Positions 28,306 through 38,905 of a stretch of 64,000 nt of DNA are shown one piece after another; positions within the stretch are counted from its first letter, which is position 1, and every line of letters starts with the position of its first letter. A model generated the notes under the pieces. The model was given only the letters and a program-made list of their open reading frames with translations. It was not told the DNA's origin and did no database searches. Source of the stretch: an uncultured Gemmatimonadales bacterium (GTDB lineage Bacteria > Gemmatimonadota > Gemmatimonadetes > Gemmatimonadales > GWC2-71-9); contig CAWGED010000005.1 in the NCBI GenBank assembly GCA_963821525.1, forward strand, positions 768,001 to 832,000, written 5' to 3'. The position numbers and the translations under genes were made by a program.

Positions 28306-31300
28306 CCGGCTCGCCCACCGCGCAGGCGCTGCACCGCCTGGCCCGGCCGCTCAAGCGCCTCGACGGCCTGGCGTGGCTGGGCTTCGGCCTGGGTGGTGCG
28401 CTCCTCGTCCTGGGGCTCCTCTCCTGGGCGGCGCGACTCGGCTGGTACCAGGAACCGACGTGGGTGCTCACGGCCTGGGCTGCGGCGAGCGGTGTCGCTC
28501 TCGCGATGCTGGGTCGTGGTTGGCGGAAGCACCGCGAGTTGACACCTCGGCAGGTCGCGGGGTGGCTCGAGGACCGGGGACACCGGCGCGGGTCGCTCAC
28601 TGGGCACCTGGATGATTCGGTAGCAGGAACCAGTTCGGAGCTACGCCAACTGGCCGATCAACGCTCCGCGACGGCTCTTCAGAACCTCGCGGAGCAGGAA
28701 CTGCATCCTTATCACCAGAATTTCCAGCGTCGAGCGATGCAGGGTGGCGGTGCAGTGTTGGCCGGACTGACTCTACTCTGGTCGGCTGGGCCCACTCACG
28801 GCCCCGCAGCCCTCTTGTTCAAGCCTCGCGCGGCCTGGAGCGCCGCCACTGCGCCGGTTCAAATAAGCCTTTCACAGGATGAGGCCGATCGCGGCGCCAC
28901 AATTCAGGTCTCGATGCAGGCCTTGGGTCGGCGTCAGGCGATTCTCTGGACCCGCGCACCGGGAGAGGTGTGGCGCGGCCAGGGGATCAAGCTCGATTCA
29001 CTCGGTATGGCCACGAGAGATATCGGTCCGCTCGAGTCCGATCTCTTCCTCCGCCTCTCCAGCGGCGGCCGTGGCTCGGACACCCTCCAGGTCCATATCC
29101 GGATTCCCGCATTTCTCGGCCGGCTCGCGGTTACCGCGCGCTATCCGTCATATCTGGGCCTCGAGGACGAGCCGATCTCGACCGACGGAGACACGATCTA
29201 CGTGCCCGCGGGCACCCGGCTCGAGACGCGGGGCGAAGCGACTGCTGACTTGAGCGACGCGAGCTGGAGCTCCGGCGGGTACCGCGCCTCGCTCACTACC
29301 AATGGACCGAAGTTCGTGGGTGTCTTCACGCCGAGCGGCACTCGCCGGTACACCCTGGATCTGGCCACTGCATCGGGTCAGCCGTTGTCGGGAGACACGG
29401 TTCACATGGCGATCGTGGCGGTACTCGACAGCGTACCGCGCGTCGAGGTTCCGGTCCCCGGAGTGGACACGGTGGCGCCACTCTCCCTTCGAGTGCCGCT
29501 GGTCGTCGATGCCCAGGACGATCACGGGGTGCGAAGTGTCGTCATCGAGAGTCGCCGCATCAGCCGGCTGGGATTCGCCGATCCGCCCGCGACCGAGATC
29601 ATCCCGCTGCCCGAGGCCGATCAGCAGCGCGCCATCGTCGGATTCGAGCTCGATCTGAACCAGCGTGGTCTCCTGCCCGGCGACACCATTCGCTATTTCG
29701 TCACCGCGGCCGACAACGCTCCGGAGCCCAACCAGGCTCGCTCGAAGGAGTTCGTGCTGCGACTCCCCACCCTGAGCGAGGTACGCCAGGCGACACGCCA
29801 GGCATCGGAGTCCGTCTCGGGACGGATAGACAGTCTCGCCGCGGCCAGTCGCCAGCTGGAGCGGGCGACCGAGGACCTCTCTCAGGAACGTCCCCGCAAC
29901 CAGGCCGACAACGCTGAGGCCGGTAGCACCAACGAGTCTTTGTCCTTCGAGGCCGCGAAGCGAGCCGAAGCTGTAGCAGCCTCTCAGGAACAGCTGCAGA
30001 AACAACTCGAAGAGGTGAAGAGCGCCATCGAATCGCTGGAAAAGAGCGCTCAGGCCGCGGGACTCGCCGATCCGGAGTGGCAGAAGCGCCTGGAGGAAAT
30101 CCGGGAGCAGCTGGATCGTGCGTTGACGCCCGAGCTGAAACAGCAGCTCGCCGAGTTGCAGAAGGCGCTCAAGGATCTGGATCCCGAGAGGACCCAGGAG
30201 GCGCTGAAGGATCTGGCGAAGGCGCAGGAGGAGATGCGCGAGGCGCTGGAGCGGAGCAAGGAACTGTTCCGTCGCGCGGCGCTCGAGGGCGATCTGACAA
30301 ACCTGACCGCCGAATCGAAGGAACTGTCTCAGGCGCAGCAGCAGTGGAACCAGCAGGTGGAGACCGCCGACTCGACTCGCTCCGCCGCGGAAGAAGCGGC
30401 CCTCGCGGCACGGGCCGATTCGCTCGCTGCGGCACTCGAGAAGACCGGTGAGCAGCTGTCTCAGGAAGGACGCCAGGAGGCCATGCAGCAGATGGCAGAA
30501 CGCGCGTCTCAAGCCGGCAAGCAGATGAAACAGGCCCGTCAGTCGGCATCCGCGGGACAGCGGAGTCAGGCGAAACAGCAGGGACAACGCGCCTCGGAGG
30601 AGCTGGACCCGCTGAGCGAAGATCTGCAGGAGCAGAGGAAGAACCTGGCCCAGCAGTGGCAGGCCGACGTGGCGCAGGCGCTCGATCGCTCGCTGGCGGA
30701 GACGAGCCGCCTGGCCGAGCGCGAGCTTGACGTGAACGAGGCGCTGCGACGCGGCGATGCCTCGGCCGAGGTGCGCGCGGAGCAGGGGGCGTTGGAGGAA
30801 GGTGTTGACCGGCTGCTGGACCAGGTGAAGGAAATCAGCGGGAAGAACGCCCTGGTATCCCAGCAGAGCGCCGTTGCTCTCGCGGCCGCCAAGGACCAGA
30901 TGCGGCGTGCGCGCGACGCGCTGGCCAATGCGGCGCCCAACGCCCGCGAAGGTGCCGCCCGCACCGGTGAAGCGGTGGATGCGCTCAATGCCGCCTCCTA
31001 CAGCCTGCTGCGGAGCAAGAGTGCGGTACAGGGGGCCGGATCCGGCTCCGGATTGGCCGAGGCACTGGAGCAGATGAATCAGATGGCATCGCAGCAAGGC
31101 CAGTTGAGCCAGCAGGCCGGCGGCATGCTCCCGATGCCGGGAGGAGCCGGCGCGATGCAGGAGCAGATCCGGGCGCTCGGCGCCCAGCAGCGCGCCTTGG
31201 CCGAACGGTTGGAGCGGATGCGGGCCGGCGGCAATCTCCCGGGCACCGCTGAGATGGCGGACGAAGGAAAAGACCTGGCCCGCCGTCTCGAGGCCGGACG

Positions 31301-31598
31301 AATCGATCGGCAGACGGTGGAACGGCAGGAACGCCTCTTCCGCCGCATGCTGGACGCCGGCCGCACTCTTCAGGGTCAGGACGAAGACGAGAAAAAGGAA
31401 CGGCAAAGCACGACGGCTGGGGACGACAGCGTCCATCTGCCTCCCGCTTTGCGTTCTCTGCTCCAGGGCAACGACGCGGTGCTGCGGCTCCCCTCCTGGG
31501 AGGCGATGCAGAACCTGAGTCCGTCGGAGCGGCGGATGGTGGTGGAGTATTTCCGGAGGCTGTCGGAGCAGGGTGGAAAGGTGAGCGGTGAGCGGTGA
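28302..31598 (+). CDS. DUF4175-like membrane-anchored coiled-coil protein
   Basis: N-terminal TMs, Ig-like middle (A.DDHGV, PGD.IRY...A.DN), long Q/E/A-rich coiled coil, C-terminal V.EYFRRL. Confidence 0.8.
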   Translation: MTGSPTAQALHRLARPLKRLDGLAWLGFGLGGALLVLGLLSWAARLGWYQEPTWVLTAWAAASGVALAMLGRGWRKHRELTPRQVAGWLEDRGHRRGSLTGHLDDSVAGTSSELRQLADQRSATALQNLAEQELHPYHQNFQRRAMQGGGAVLAGLTLLWSAGPTHGPAALLFKPRAAWSAATAPVQISLSQDEADRGATIQVSMQALGRRQAILWTRAPGEVWRGQGIKLDSLGMATRDIGPLESDLFLRLSSGGRGSDTLQVHIRIPAFLGRLAVTARYPSYLGLEDEPISTDGDTIYVPAGTRLETRGEATADLSDASWSSGGYRASLTTNGPKFVGVFTPSGTRRYTLDLATASGQPLSGDTVHMAIVAVLDSVPRVEVPVPGVDTVAPLSLRVPLVVDAQDDHGVRSVVIESRRISRLGFADPPATEIIPLPEADQQRAIVGFELDLNQRGLLPGDTIRYFVTAADNAPEPNQARSKEFVLRLPTLSEVRQATRQASESVSGRIDSLAAASRQLERATEDLSQERPRNQADNAEAGSTNESLSFEAAKRAEAVAASQEQLQKQLEEVKSAIESLEKSAQAAGLADPEWQKRLEEIREQLDRALTPELKQQLAELQKALKDLDPERTQEALKDLAKAQEEMREALERSKELFRRAALEGDLTNLTAESKELSQAQQQWNQQVETADSTRSAAEEAALAARADSLAAALEKTGEQLSQEGRQEAMQQMAERASQAGKQMKQARQSASAGQRSQAKQQGQRASEELDPLSEDLQEQRKNLAQQWQADVAQALDRSLAETSRLAERELDVNEALRRGDASAEVRAEQGALEEGVDRLLDQVKEISGKNALVSQQSAVALAAAKDQMRRARDALANAAPNAREGAARTGEAVDALNAASYSLLRSKSAVQGAGSGSGLAEALEQMNQMASQQGQLSQQAGGMLPMPGGAGAMQEQIRALGAQQRALAERLERMRAGGNLPGTAEMADEGKDLARRLEAGRIDRQTVERQERLFRRMLDAGRTLQGQDEDEKKERQSTTAGDDSVHLPPALRSLLQGNDAVLRLPSWEAMQNLSPSERRMVVEYFRRLSEQGGKVSGER

Positions 31599-31677
31599 GC
31601 GGTGAGCGGGAACTGCCCCTGAACCGGGCACCAGTGTCTCGTTTCCCGCTCACTGCTCACCGCTTACCGCTTACGCT
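31579..31677. repeat. Inverted pair of heptamer arrays (GGTGAGC)n / (GCTCACC)n-like
   Basis: ggtgagc x4 at the gene junction; ctcactg ctcaccg cttaccg at 31649-31675. Confidence 0.75.
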
Positions 31678-33388
31678 GTTGGTACTACTCCTTCTCGTCC
31701 CGGGAAAGGTCTGGGCTCAGGGCGAATCCCTCACCCGCGCCTTCGATCTCGAACGCCGCGGCAGTTTCGCCCAGGCGGCTGATCTGTATCGTTCGGTTCT
31801 CGCGACCAAACCCGGTGAAGTGTCGGCTCTCCTGGGCTTGGAGCGCTCTCTCGTCCCGCTGAATCGTCTGCCGGAAATTCTCCCGCAGGTCCGCGCCGCG
31901 CTCGCGGCCAATCCCACCGCGGCTCCGATCTACGGCGTTGCTCTCCGGGCCTACTCCGCGGCCAACCAGCTCGACAGCTTGGAATCGGCCGTCGCACAGT
32001 GGGCCAAGGTCGCGCCAGGCGACGAGACGCCGTTTCGGGAGTGGGGAGCGGCGGCGCTGGCGCGACACGATCGTTCGACGGCGCGGAAGGCCTACACTAT
32101 GGGGCGGGAAAAGCTCGGCCGTCCTGATGCGTTGGCTGCCGAAGTCGCGCAGCTCGCGGTCATGGACGAGGACTGGAGTGGAGCCGCCAGGGAATGGGCT
32201 CGCGCCACTAAAGCCATGCCGGGATACCGCCCCTCTGCTATCAGCTCGCTCTCCGAGGCGCCGAAGAAGGCTCACGACGACATCCTGAAGCAGCTGGACA
32301 AGGAAGATTCTCCCGAGGCCACTCGGCTCTCGGTTGCCCTCCGCGCTCGCTGGGGAGATCCGCTCGGCGCCTTCAACTCGCTCATGGAGAATCTCCCGGA
32401 AGGTTCGGCGCCGGCGATAGAGGCGCTGCAACAGTTCCTGGAACAGGCCAAGACCCAGAGCACGCCCGACGCATACAAGGCGCAGGGAAAGGCACTCGAG
32501 GAGCTGGCCGAACGCTGGACCGGCGCGCCGCAGAAGGCCCGCTTTCGTCTCGACGCCGCCCGCGCCTACGCGAGCGCCGGTGACCGCGCTTCTGCCCGGC
32601 GGATGCTGACCATGATCGCGGAAGACCCGGTCAACGCGCCGACCGTGACCGCGGGAGCCTCCGCGACCCTGGTCGGGCTTCTGGTAGACGAAGGCAAGCT
32701 CGACGAAGCGTCCAAGCGGCTGGAGGAGTATCGCAACCTGCTTCCGGTGGATGAGTACCAGGGCCTGAGACGGGACATCGCGCTTGGCTACGGGCGAACC
32801 GGTGCGCCGGATCGCGGGTTGGCGTTGCTCGCCTCGGACAGCACAGTAGAAGGAATGGCTGCGGTAGGGCGCATTCAACTCTATCGTGGCGACATCAAGG
32901 GAGCATCGGATGCCTTCCGGGCCGCCGGGCCGTTTGCCGGTGACCGGGCTCAGGCGACGGAACGCACCGCTTTGCTCGCGGTACTCCAGCCTATCGACGC
33001 CGAGTCGCTTCCGGCACTGGGGTCCGCGTTCGCGAAGCTCGATTCGGGCGACAGCGTTCACGCGGCCGCCGCATTCGAGAAGCTGGCCACGGATCTGCCT
33101 CCGACAGGCGGTGGCGCCGAGCTGAAGCTCCTGGCGGGACGGATTCAGGCGGCGCAGAAGCAGCCGGTCGCGGCCGAGCAACTCTTTCGGGCGGCGATCG
33201 TGAAAGACGCTCCCGCTACGGCAGCCGCGGCCTCACTGGAGCTTGGTCGCCTGCTGATGGACCAGGAGCGCCCTTCCGAGGCGGCCATAATGCTGGAGAG
33301 GATGATCCTGGATTATCCCACGAGCGCCCTCGTGCCCCAGGCGCGACGGCTGCTCGATCAGGCGCGGGGAGCGACGCCGAAGACATGA
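31595..33388 (+). CDS. Secreted tetratricopeptide repeat protein
   Basis: Signal peptide LLVLLLLVPGKVWA; Ala-rich helical repeats; C-terminal ILDYPTS..VPQARR. Confidence 0.8.
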   Translation: MSGERELPLNRAPVSRFPLTAHRLPLTLLVLLLLVPGKVWAQGESLTRAFDLERRGSFAQAADLYRSVLATKPGEVSALLGLERSLVPLNRLPEILPQVRAALAANPTAAPIYGVALRAYSAANQLDSLESAVAQWAKVAPGDETPFREWGAAALARHDRSTARKAYTMGREKLGRPDALAAEVAQLAVMDEDWSGAAREWARATKAMPGYRPSAISSLSEAPKKAHDDILKQLDKEDSPEATRLSVALRARWGDPLGAFNSLMENLPEGSAPAIEALQQFLEQAKTQSTPDAYKAQGKALEELAERWTGAPQKARFRLDAARAYASAGDRASARRMLTMIAEDPVNAPTVTAGASATLVGLLVDEGKLDEASKRLEEYRNLLPVDEYQGLRRDIALGYGRTGAPDRGLALLASDSTVEGMAAVGRIQLYRGDIKGASDAFRAAGPFAGDRAQATERTALLAVLQPIDAESLPALGSAFAKLDSGDSVHAAAAFEKLATDLPPTGGGAELKLLAGRIQAAQKQPVAAEQLFRAAIVKDAPATAAAASLELGRLLMDQERPSEAAIMLERMILDYPTSALVPQARRLLDQARGATPKT

Positions 33389-34687
33389 AGCGGCGAGAAT
33401 TCCTGAGAACGGCGGGCCGGGCGGGCATGGCGGGAGTGGCGGGCACCTGGCTCGGCTCAATCCCAACCTTCCCGCGGAGAGCCGCCCCGTGGTACCTGAT
33501 TCCCATGGACGACGTGCAGTCGGATCACCTCAAGGCGTATGGGGTGACCTATCGCGTCCTCGAGCGGGGCAGCCGGGCGGAATGGTTCCTCAACTATCGC
33601 GGCGGATCGTTTCTGGTGCCGGGAGAGGTCGGTACCGATCGGGATGCGGCACTGGCGGGGGTGACGCTGGAGCCGCTCGACGAAAACCGGCTGCTCTCGA
33701 TCCGGGCCCAGATCCAGCAGGAGAACATGGATGCGGTGCCGCTCGAGAAGCCGCCCAAGGTCGCGGTGTACGTCACCCCGGGAGCCTCGCCCTGGGACGA
33801 CGCGGTCACCATGGTGCTCAACTACGCCGGCATCAGCTTCGAGAAGATCTGGGACCCGGAAGTCGCCACCAAGGCGCTCAAGAAGTACGACTGGCTGCAC
33901 CTCCACCACGAGGACTTTACCGGCCAGTACTCCAAGTTCTTCCTGAATTACTCCGGCGCGCCCTGGCTCACCGACATGGTGCAGCGCAATCAGGCGACGG
34001 CCAAGGCACTCGGTTTCCCCAATGTGCCCGCGGAGAAGCGTGCGGTCGCTCAGGAGATCCGGGCGTTCGTGGATCGCGGCGGGTTTCCTCTTCGCCATGT
34101 GCACCGCGACCGAGACGCTCGACCTGGCGCTGGCCAGTGCCAACACCGACATCGCCGCGTCCTATGCCGACGGGACGCCGATGGCGCCCGACGCGGCAAG
34201 CCACATGGACTGGAGCCAGACGCTCGCCTTCCAGAATGCGCAGCTGGAGCTGAGCCCCAACGTACCGGCCTTCTCCGACATCGACGGCCACCAGGTCAAC
34301 TCCCCGGAGCGCCGCCAGCCGCTCGGGGCCTTCAAGCTCTTCGGCTTCAGTGCCAAGATCGATCCGGTCGCCACGATGCTGGTGCAGAACCATCGCGACG
34401 TGATCCCCGACTTCTACGGCCTCACAACCTCATTTACCAAGCGCACCCTGAAGCCGGCGGTGACGGTCCTGGCGGACGAGACCGGTGCGTCCTGGGTCAA
34501 ATACATCCACGGTGAGTTGGGCCAGGGCACCTGGACCTTCTACGGCGGCCACGACCCCGAAGACCCGCAGCACCAGATCGGCGACCCCCCCACCGACCTC
34601 TCCCTCCATCCCCATTCTCCGGGGTATCGGTTGATCCTGAACAACGTGCTGTTCCCGGCGGCGAAGAAGAAGGAATTGAAGACGTAA
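33385..34687 (+). CDS. Conserved uncharacterised exported protein with Tat signal (frameshift near 34085)
   Basis: MKRREFL Tat motif; HLKAYG, WLHLHHEDFTGQY, FAMCTAT, GGHDPED and GYRLILNN. Confidence 0.8.
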
Positions 34688-34689
34688 AA

Positions 34690-34931
34690 GCAGCCGTCAG
34701 CCGTCAGCCCATCAGCCTTCAGCTGTCCGCCGCCAGCCTCCAGCAGAGCACCTCATCCCGAGCGAAGCACCTCATCCCGAGGAGCGCGGCGACGAGGGAT
34801 CTAACCAACTTGCCTTGGCGTCTGGTCCAGGAGGCTAGATCCCTCACTTCGTTCGGGATGAGGTGCCCTGCTGGTGGCTGACAGCAAATCGGTTACCTGC
34901 TGACGGCTGAAGGCTGACGGCTGACGGCTGA
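34690..34931. repeat. Composite element: (CAGCCGT)n array, REP-like palindrome, inverted (ACGGCTG)n array
   Basis: Arms gcacctcatcccgagcgaa..gagggatcta (34748-34803, with an internal 15-bp duplication) and tagatccctcacttcgttcgggatgaggtgc (34836-34866). Confidence 0.85.
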
Positions 34932-34953
34932 ACGCGACTAAATTCCCCTACCA

Positions 34954-37455
34954 ATGCCTCGCATCCCCCAATCTCTCCAAGCCGCACTACGCACCGAAAT
35001 CGCCGCTGCCGGCGGTCGGGAGGTCTCCTTCGTCGCCCAGGTGGGACAAGATGGCGAAATCACTGCCGTCCGGGCCGTGGCGCGAGGGACGGTGGAGATG
35101 GTGCTGGCGCTGCCCGGCTCGGCGCAGCGGGGGGAGATGCTGCTCCACAATCATCCCAGCGGTGTGCTGGAACCGTCCATCGCCGATCTGAGTGTCGCCG
35201 CACGGCTACACGACGGGGGCGTCGGCTTCGGCATCATCAACAACAGCGCGACCGAGCTCTACGTCGTGGTCGAAGTGCCCAAGGGACGGGCGCAAAAAAA
35301 GCTCGATGCGCTTGGAGTGGTGAATACGCTGGGAGAACGGGGTCCCGTTGCTCACTGTATGGGACAGTACGAAGATCGGCCCAGTCAGCGTGACATGACC
35401 GCCTACATCACCGATGCCTACAACGAGGGCGGCGTGGTCCTGCTCGAGGCCGGTACCGGGGTAGGGAAGTCGTTCGCTTATCTGGTTCCCGCGCTGGCGT
35501 GGGCGCAGGCCAACGGGGAGCGCACGGTCGTGAGCACCAACACGATCAACCTTCAGGAACAGCTGGTCGGGAAAGACCTGCCGCTTCTCCGGGACGCGCT
35601 CTCGACCGAACAGCACGCGCCGACCTTCGCCCTTCTCAAGGGCTGGCGGAACTATCTCTGTCTCTCCCGGCTTCACGCCGCGATCGGCGCCCAGCGATCA
35701 CTGCTCGAACCGGACAAGTACGACGAGATCCGCAGCCTTGCCGAATGGGCTGGCCACACTGCCGACGGCACCCTGGCCGACCTCGCGGTCCCTCCCACAC
35801 CGGAAGTCTGGGACGAGGTCAGCGCCGAAGCCGACCTCTGCACCCGTCTCCAGTGCCCTCACTTCGAGCCCTGTTTCCTGTTCCGCGCTCGACGCGTGGC
35901 AGCAGAGGCGGACGTGGTTGTGGTCAATCACCATCTGCTCGCCGCCGACCTCGCGGTTCGGCAGGTGCAGGACAATTGGACCGAGGCCGCGGTTCTGCCG
36001 CCCTATCGCCGCCTGATCCTCGACGAGGCTCATCACCTGGAAGACGTCGCGGCCTCCCACCTGGGCATCCAGGTGAGCAGCCGTGGTCTGCGCCGTCTCC
36101 TGGGGAGACTGGAACGCAACGGCAAGGGATTGTTGCCGACTCTGGCGCACGAGCTGACCTCTCAGGGCGATCTCCTGAGCCGAGCCAGCCTCGACCTGCT
36201 CCGCGGCAAACTGCTCCCGGCGCTCTTCGACGCGCGGCGTGCCACCGACGAACTGCTCCTTCGCCTTCACGGTCGTCTGGAGTCGGAGCCGGGCGGCGTT
36301 CTCCGCCTGGGCGAAGACTTCGCGAGCGACCAGGTCTGGTCCCAGGGACTCTCGGTTGATCTCGAAGCCTCGCTGGGCGCGTTTCGCGGGATCCGCGACA
36401 CAATCGAGACGATTGTCGATCGCCTGACCGGTGCCAGTCCCTCGGATCGGCGCGATCAGCTCCTCCAGGAACTGCGAGGGGTGATGCGAAGGATGGAGGC
36501 CGCGTCCGATGGGCTCAATCGAACGCTGCGTCCCGCCGCGGGCGGTCCGCCGATGGTGCGCTGGATGGAACGCACCGGTGCCAAGGGTCAGCAGGTTTCC
36601 CTGGCGGCGGTGCCGCTCGACCTCGCCCCGATTCTTCGGGAGCTGCTCTTCGAGCGGGTCGAAACCGTCGCCCTGACCAGCGCCACGCTCGCCGCCGGCG
36701 GCGATTTCAACTTCCTTGAATCGCGCCTCGGCCTCAGCGGTGAGCCGAGTCTGGTGAGCACTCGCGAGATCCTGCCATCGCCGTTCGACTTCGGCGCTCA
36801 GTGCCTGTTCGGGATTCCCGACGACGTACCCGATCCCCGCGAGGACGAAACGGGACACTCTGCCGCTGCGGTGCAGATCGTTCATGATTTGGCGTGGGCT
36901 TCGGACGGTGGACTTTTTGTCCTGTTCACCAGCCACGCCGCGCTACGACGGGTAGCGCGCGAAGTTCGTCACATGGTGGGAGAGCGGTGGCCCCTCCTGG
37001 TGCAGGGTGAAGCGCCACGCGACGCTCTGCTCCGCCGCTTCCGCGAGAGCGGGCAGGCCATCCTCTTCGGCACCGATTCATTCTGGGAAGGTGTCGACGT
37101 TCCCGGTCGAGCGCTCCGGGCCCTGGTCCTCACCAAGCTACCTTTCAAGGTGCCTTCCGAGCCGCTCACTGCCGCCCGACTCGAGCGGCTGGCAGAGCAG
37201 GGCGAAGACGGCTTCATGAACTACCTTCTGCCCCACGCCGCGCTCAAGCTGAAGCAGGGCTTTGGCCGGCTGATCCGGAGGCGGACGGATGTCGGTGTGG
37301 TGGTGTTGCTGGACCGGCGAGTGCTTACCAAGCGGTACGGGTCCCTCGTGCTTGGCGGACTTCCGCCAGCCGATCGAGTGGTGGGACCGTGGCGCGAGGT
37401 CCGCATCAGGGTCGAGGACTTTTTCGCCCGTCACGGGATCGGAGCCAGTGTATGA
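34954..37455 (+). CDS. DinG/YoaA-family helicase with N-terminal JAB/MPN domain
   Basis: JAB: GREV..HNHPSG..PSIADL. Helicase: EAGTGVGKS, DEAHH, TSATL and FWEGVD, plus Fe-S cysteines. Confidence 0.92.
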   Translation: MPRIPQSLQAALRTEIAAAGGREVSFVAQVGQDGEITAVRAVARGTVEMVLALPGSAQRGEMLLHNHPSGVLEPSIADLSVAARLHDGGVGFGIINNSATELYVVVEVPKGRAQKKLDALGVVNTLGERGPVAHCMGQYEDRPSQRDMTAYITDAYNEGGVVLLEAGTGVGKSFAYLVPALAWAQANGERTVVSTNTINLQEQLVGKDLPLLRDALSTEQHAPTFALLKGWRNYLCLSRLHAAIGAQRSLLEPDKYDEIRSLAEWAGHTADGTLADLAVPPTPEVWDEVSAEADLCTRLQCPHFEPCFLFRARRVAAEADVVVVNHHLLAADLAVRQVQDNWTEAAVLPPYRRLILDEAHHLEDVAASHLGIQVSSRGLRRLLGRLERNGKGLLPTLAHELTSQGDLLSRASLDLLRGKLLPALFDARRATDELLLRLHGRLESEPGGVLRLGEDFASDQVWSQGLSVDLEASLGAFRGIRDTIETIVDRLTGASPSDRRDQLLQELRGVMRRMEAASDGLNRTLRPAAGGPPMVRWMERTGAKGQQVSLAAVPLDLAPILRELLFERVETVALTSATLAAGGDFNFLESRLGLSGEPSLVSTREILPSPFDFGAQCLFGIPDDVPDPREDETGHSAAAVQIVHDLAWASDGGLFVLFTSHAALRRVAREVRHMVGERWPLLVQGEAPRDALLRRFRESGQAILFGTDSFWEGVDVPGRALRALVLTKLPFKVPSEPLTAARLERLAEQGEDGFMNYLLPHAALKLKQGFGRLIRRRTDVGVVVLLDRRVLTKRYGSLVLGGLPPADRVVGPWREVRIRVEDFFARHGIGASV

Positions 37456-38063
37456 GCGGGGTGCGTCCGTCGAAGATCATCGGAGTGGGCCGGAACTATC
37501 GCGCGCACGCCGAGGAGCTGGGGAACGAGATGCCGGCACAGCCGATTCTCTTCTTCAAGCCGCCCTCGTCCCTGATCGGTGACGGCGAGGCCATCGTCCT
37601 GCCTTCTGTCTCGCAGCGGGTCGAGTTCGAGGCGGAGATCGGCATCGTGGCCGGCGCCCGGCTCCGGAATCTGACGGTCGAAGAGGCGGAGGCCGCTCCA
37701 CTTGGCTTCGTTTGTGTCAACGACGTGACGGCCCGCGATCTCCAGAAAGTGGACGGCCAATGGGGACGGGCGAAGGGATTCGACACCTTCTGTCCGGTCG
37801 GTTCCCGGGTGATTCACGGTGCCGACTGGCGGACCCTGGAAATCATCGGCAGGCTTAACGGCGTCGAGCGCCAGCGCGCACGGGCAACCGACATGGCGTT
37901 CTCGATCCCGATGCTGGTCTCGTTCATCAGCCGGGTAATGACCATCGAGCCCGGCGACCTGATCGCCACCGGCACGCCGGCTGGAACGGCACCGATGAAG
38001 CCGGGAGACGTAGTGGAGGTGGAGATTCCGGGAGTGGGCGTACTCAAGAACCCGGTGAGATAG
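37452..38063 (+). CDS. Fumarylacetoacetate hydrolase family protein
   Basis: GRNYRAH, FEAE, NDVTARDLQ, KGFDTF and TGTPAG. Confidence 0.95.
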   Translation: MSGVRPSKIIGVGRNYRAHAEELGNEMPAQPILFFKPPSSLIGDGEAIVLPSVSQRVEFEAEIGIVAGARLRNLTVEEAEAAPLGFVCVNDVTARDLQKVDGQWGRAKGFDTFCPVGSRVIHGADWRTLEIIGRLNGVERQRARATDMAFSIPMLVSFISRVMTIEPGDLIATGTPAGTAPMKPGDVVEVEIPGVGVLKNPVR

Positions 38064-38077
38064 GTCTTGGGAGAGCG

Positions 38078-38905
38078 ATGCTGCTGCCGCGCAGGTCGGA
38101 GTTTTCCTGGATTGCTGTCGTCGTCACCTTGGCGGTGCACAGCCTGTTGCTCTTCGTGGTCATCGAGGGGCGGCTTCCGGACGTCCCCAAGCGGCAACAT
38201 CTGATCGCCATCCTGCCGCCAGAGCCCGACCAGGTTCGCGCCTACCCCATGCCTTACTCGGCGCCTCGCCCGTTCATCGGCAAGGGGATTTCGAAGGCGC
38301 CGCTGCCGCCGGCCAATCCGCTGCCAGTCAAGGAACCGCCAGTCACTCTTCCAGTCGAGACCCTGACCAGCCCCGACACCGTGGTGCCTCACGTGAAATA
38401 CGGGAAGCTGTTTCCTGACCTGGGAGATGGCAGGCTCTGGGTTCGTCCGCTGCCGCTTCCACCGAGGGAGCTGGCCAAGCGGCTCGACAAATCCAACGCC
38501 GAGCTGGTGGACAGTGCCGTCACCCAGATCATCCAGGCGTTCCTCGATTCGGTGGGTGCCGCGCCGGGTGCGGAGGGCGCCGAGCTCCCGGACTGGACCA
38601 AAGAGGTGGATGGGCTCAAGTTCGGGCTGGACTCGAAGAACATTTATATCGCCGGCCTCAAGATTCCGGTGGCGGTGCTGGCGCTGCTGCCGATTCCGGC
38701 GGCAACCAACCAGCAGAACGCGTTCAAGCGGGACGGGATCATCTACGACGATCTTCGTCACGCCGCACAGCAGGCCCAGACGATGGATGATTTCAAGGAA
38801 GCAATCCGGAAGCTCAGGGAGCAGAGACAGAGGGAGTTGGAGTTCGATCGGGCCCAGCGGGAAAACCCGGATTCCCTGGCGGTGGAGGAAGAACCCAAAC
38901 AATGA
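38078..38905 (+). CDS. Hypothetical single-pass membrane protein with Pro-rich linker
   Basis: TM VVVTLAVHSLLLFVVI (TonB-anchor-like His) followed by a Pro-rich region. Confidence 0.7.
   Translation: MLLPRRSEFSWIAVVVTLAVHSLLLFVVIEGRLPDVPKRQHLIAILPPEPDQVRAYPMPYSAPRPFIGKGISKAPLPPANPLPVKEPPVTLPVETLTSPDTVVPHVKYGKLFPDLGDGRLWVRPLPLPPRELAKRLDKSNAELVDSAVTQIIQAFLDSVGAAPGAEGAELPDWTKEVDGLKFGLDSKNIYIAGLKIPVAVLALLPIPAATNQQNAFKRDGIIYDDLRHAAQQAQTMDDFKEAIRKLREQRQRELEFDRAQRENPDSLAVEEEPKQ

Noticed and set aside
29148..31631. 827-aa antisense ORF (also 54603-56204, 39652-41178, 31685-33181)
   Set aside because: Shadow ORFs opposite well-supported genes, expected at this GC content.
33385..34687. Asparagine synthetase B label sometimes attached to this family
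   Set aside because: No N-terminal Cys glutaminase and no SGGLDS ATP-pyrophosphatase motif; it has a Tat signal.
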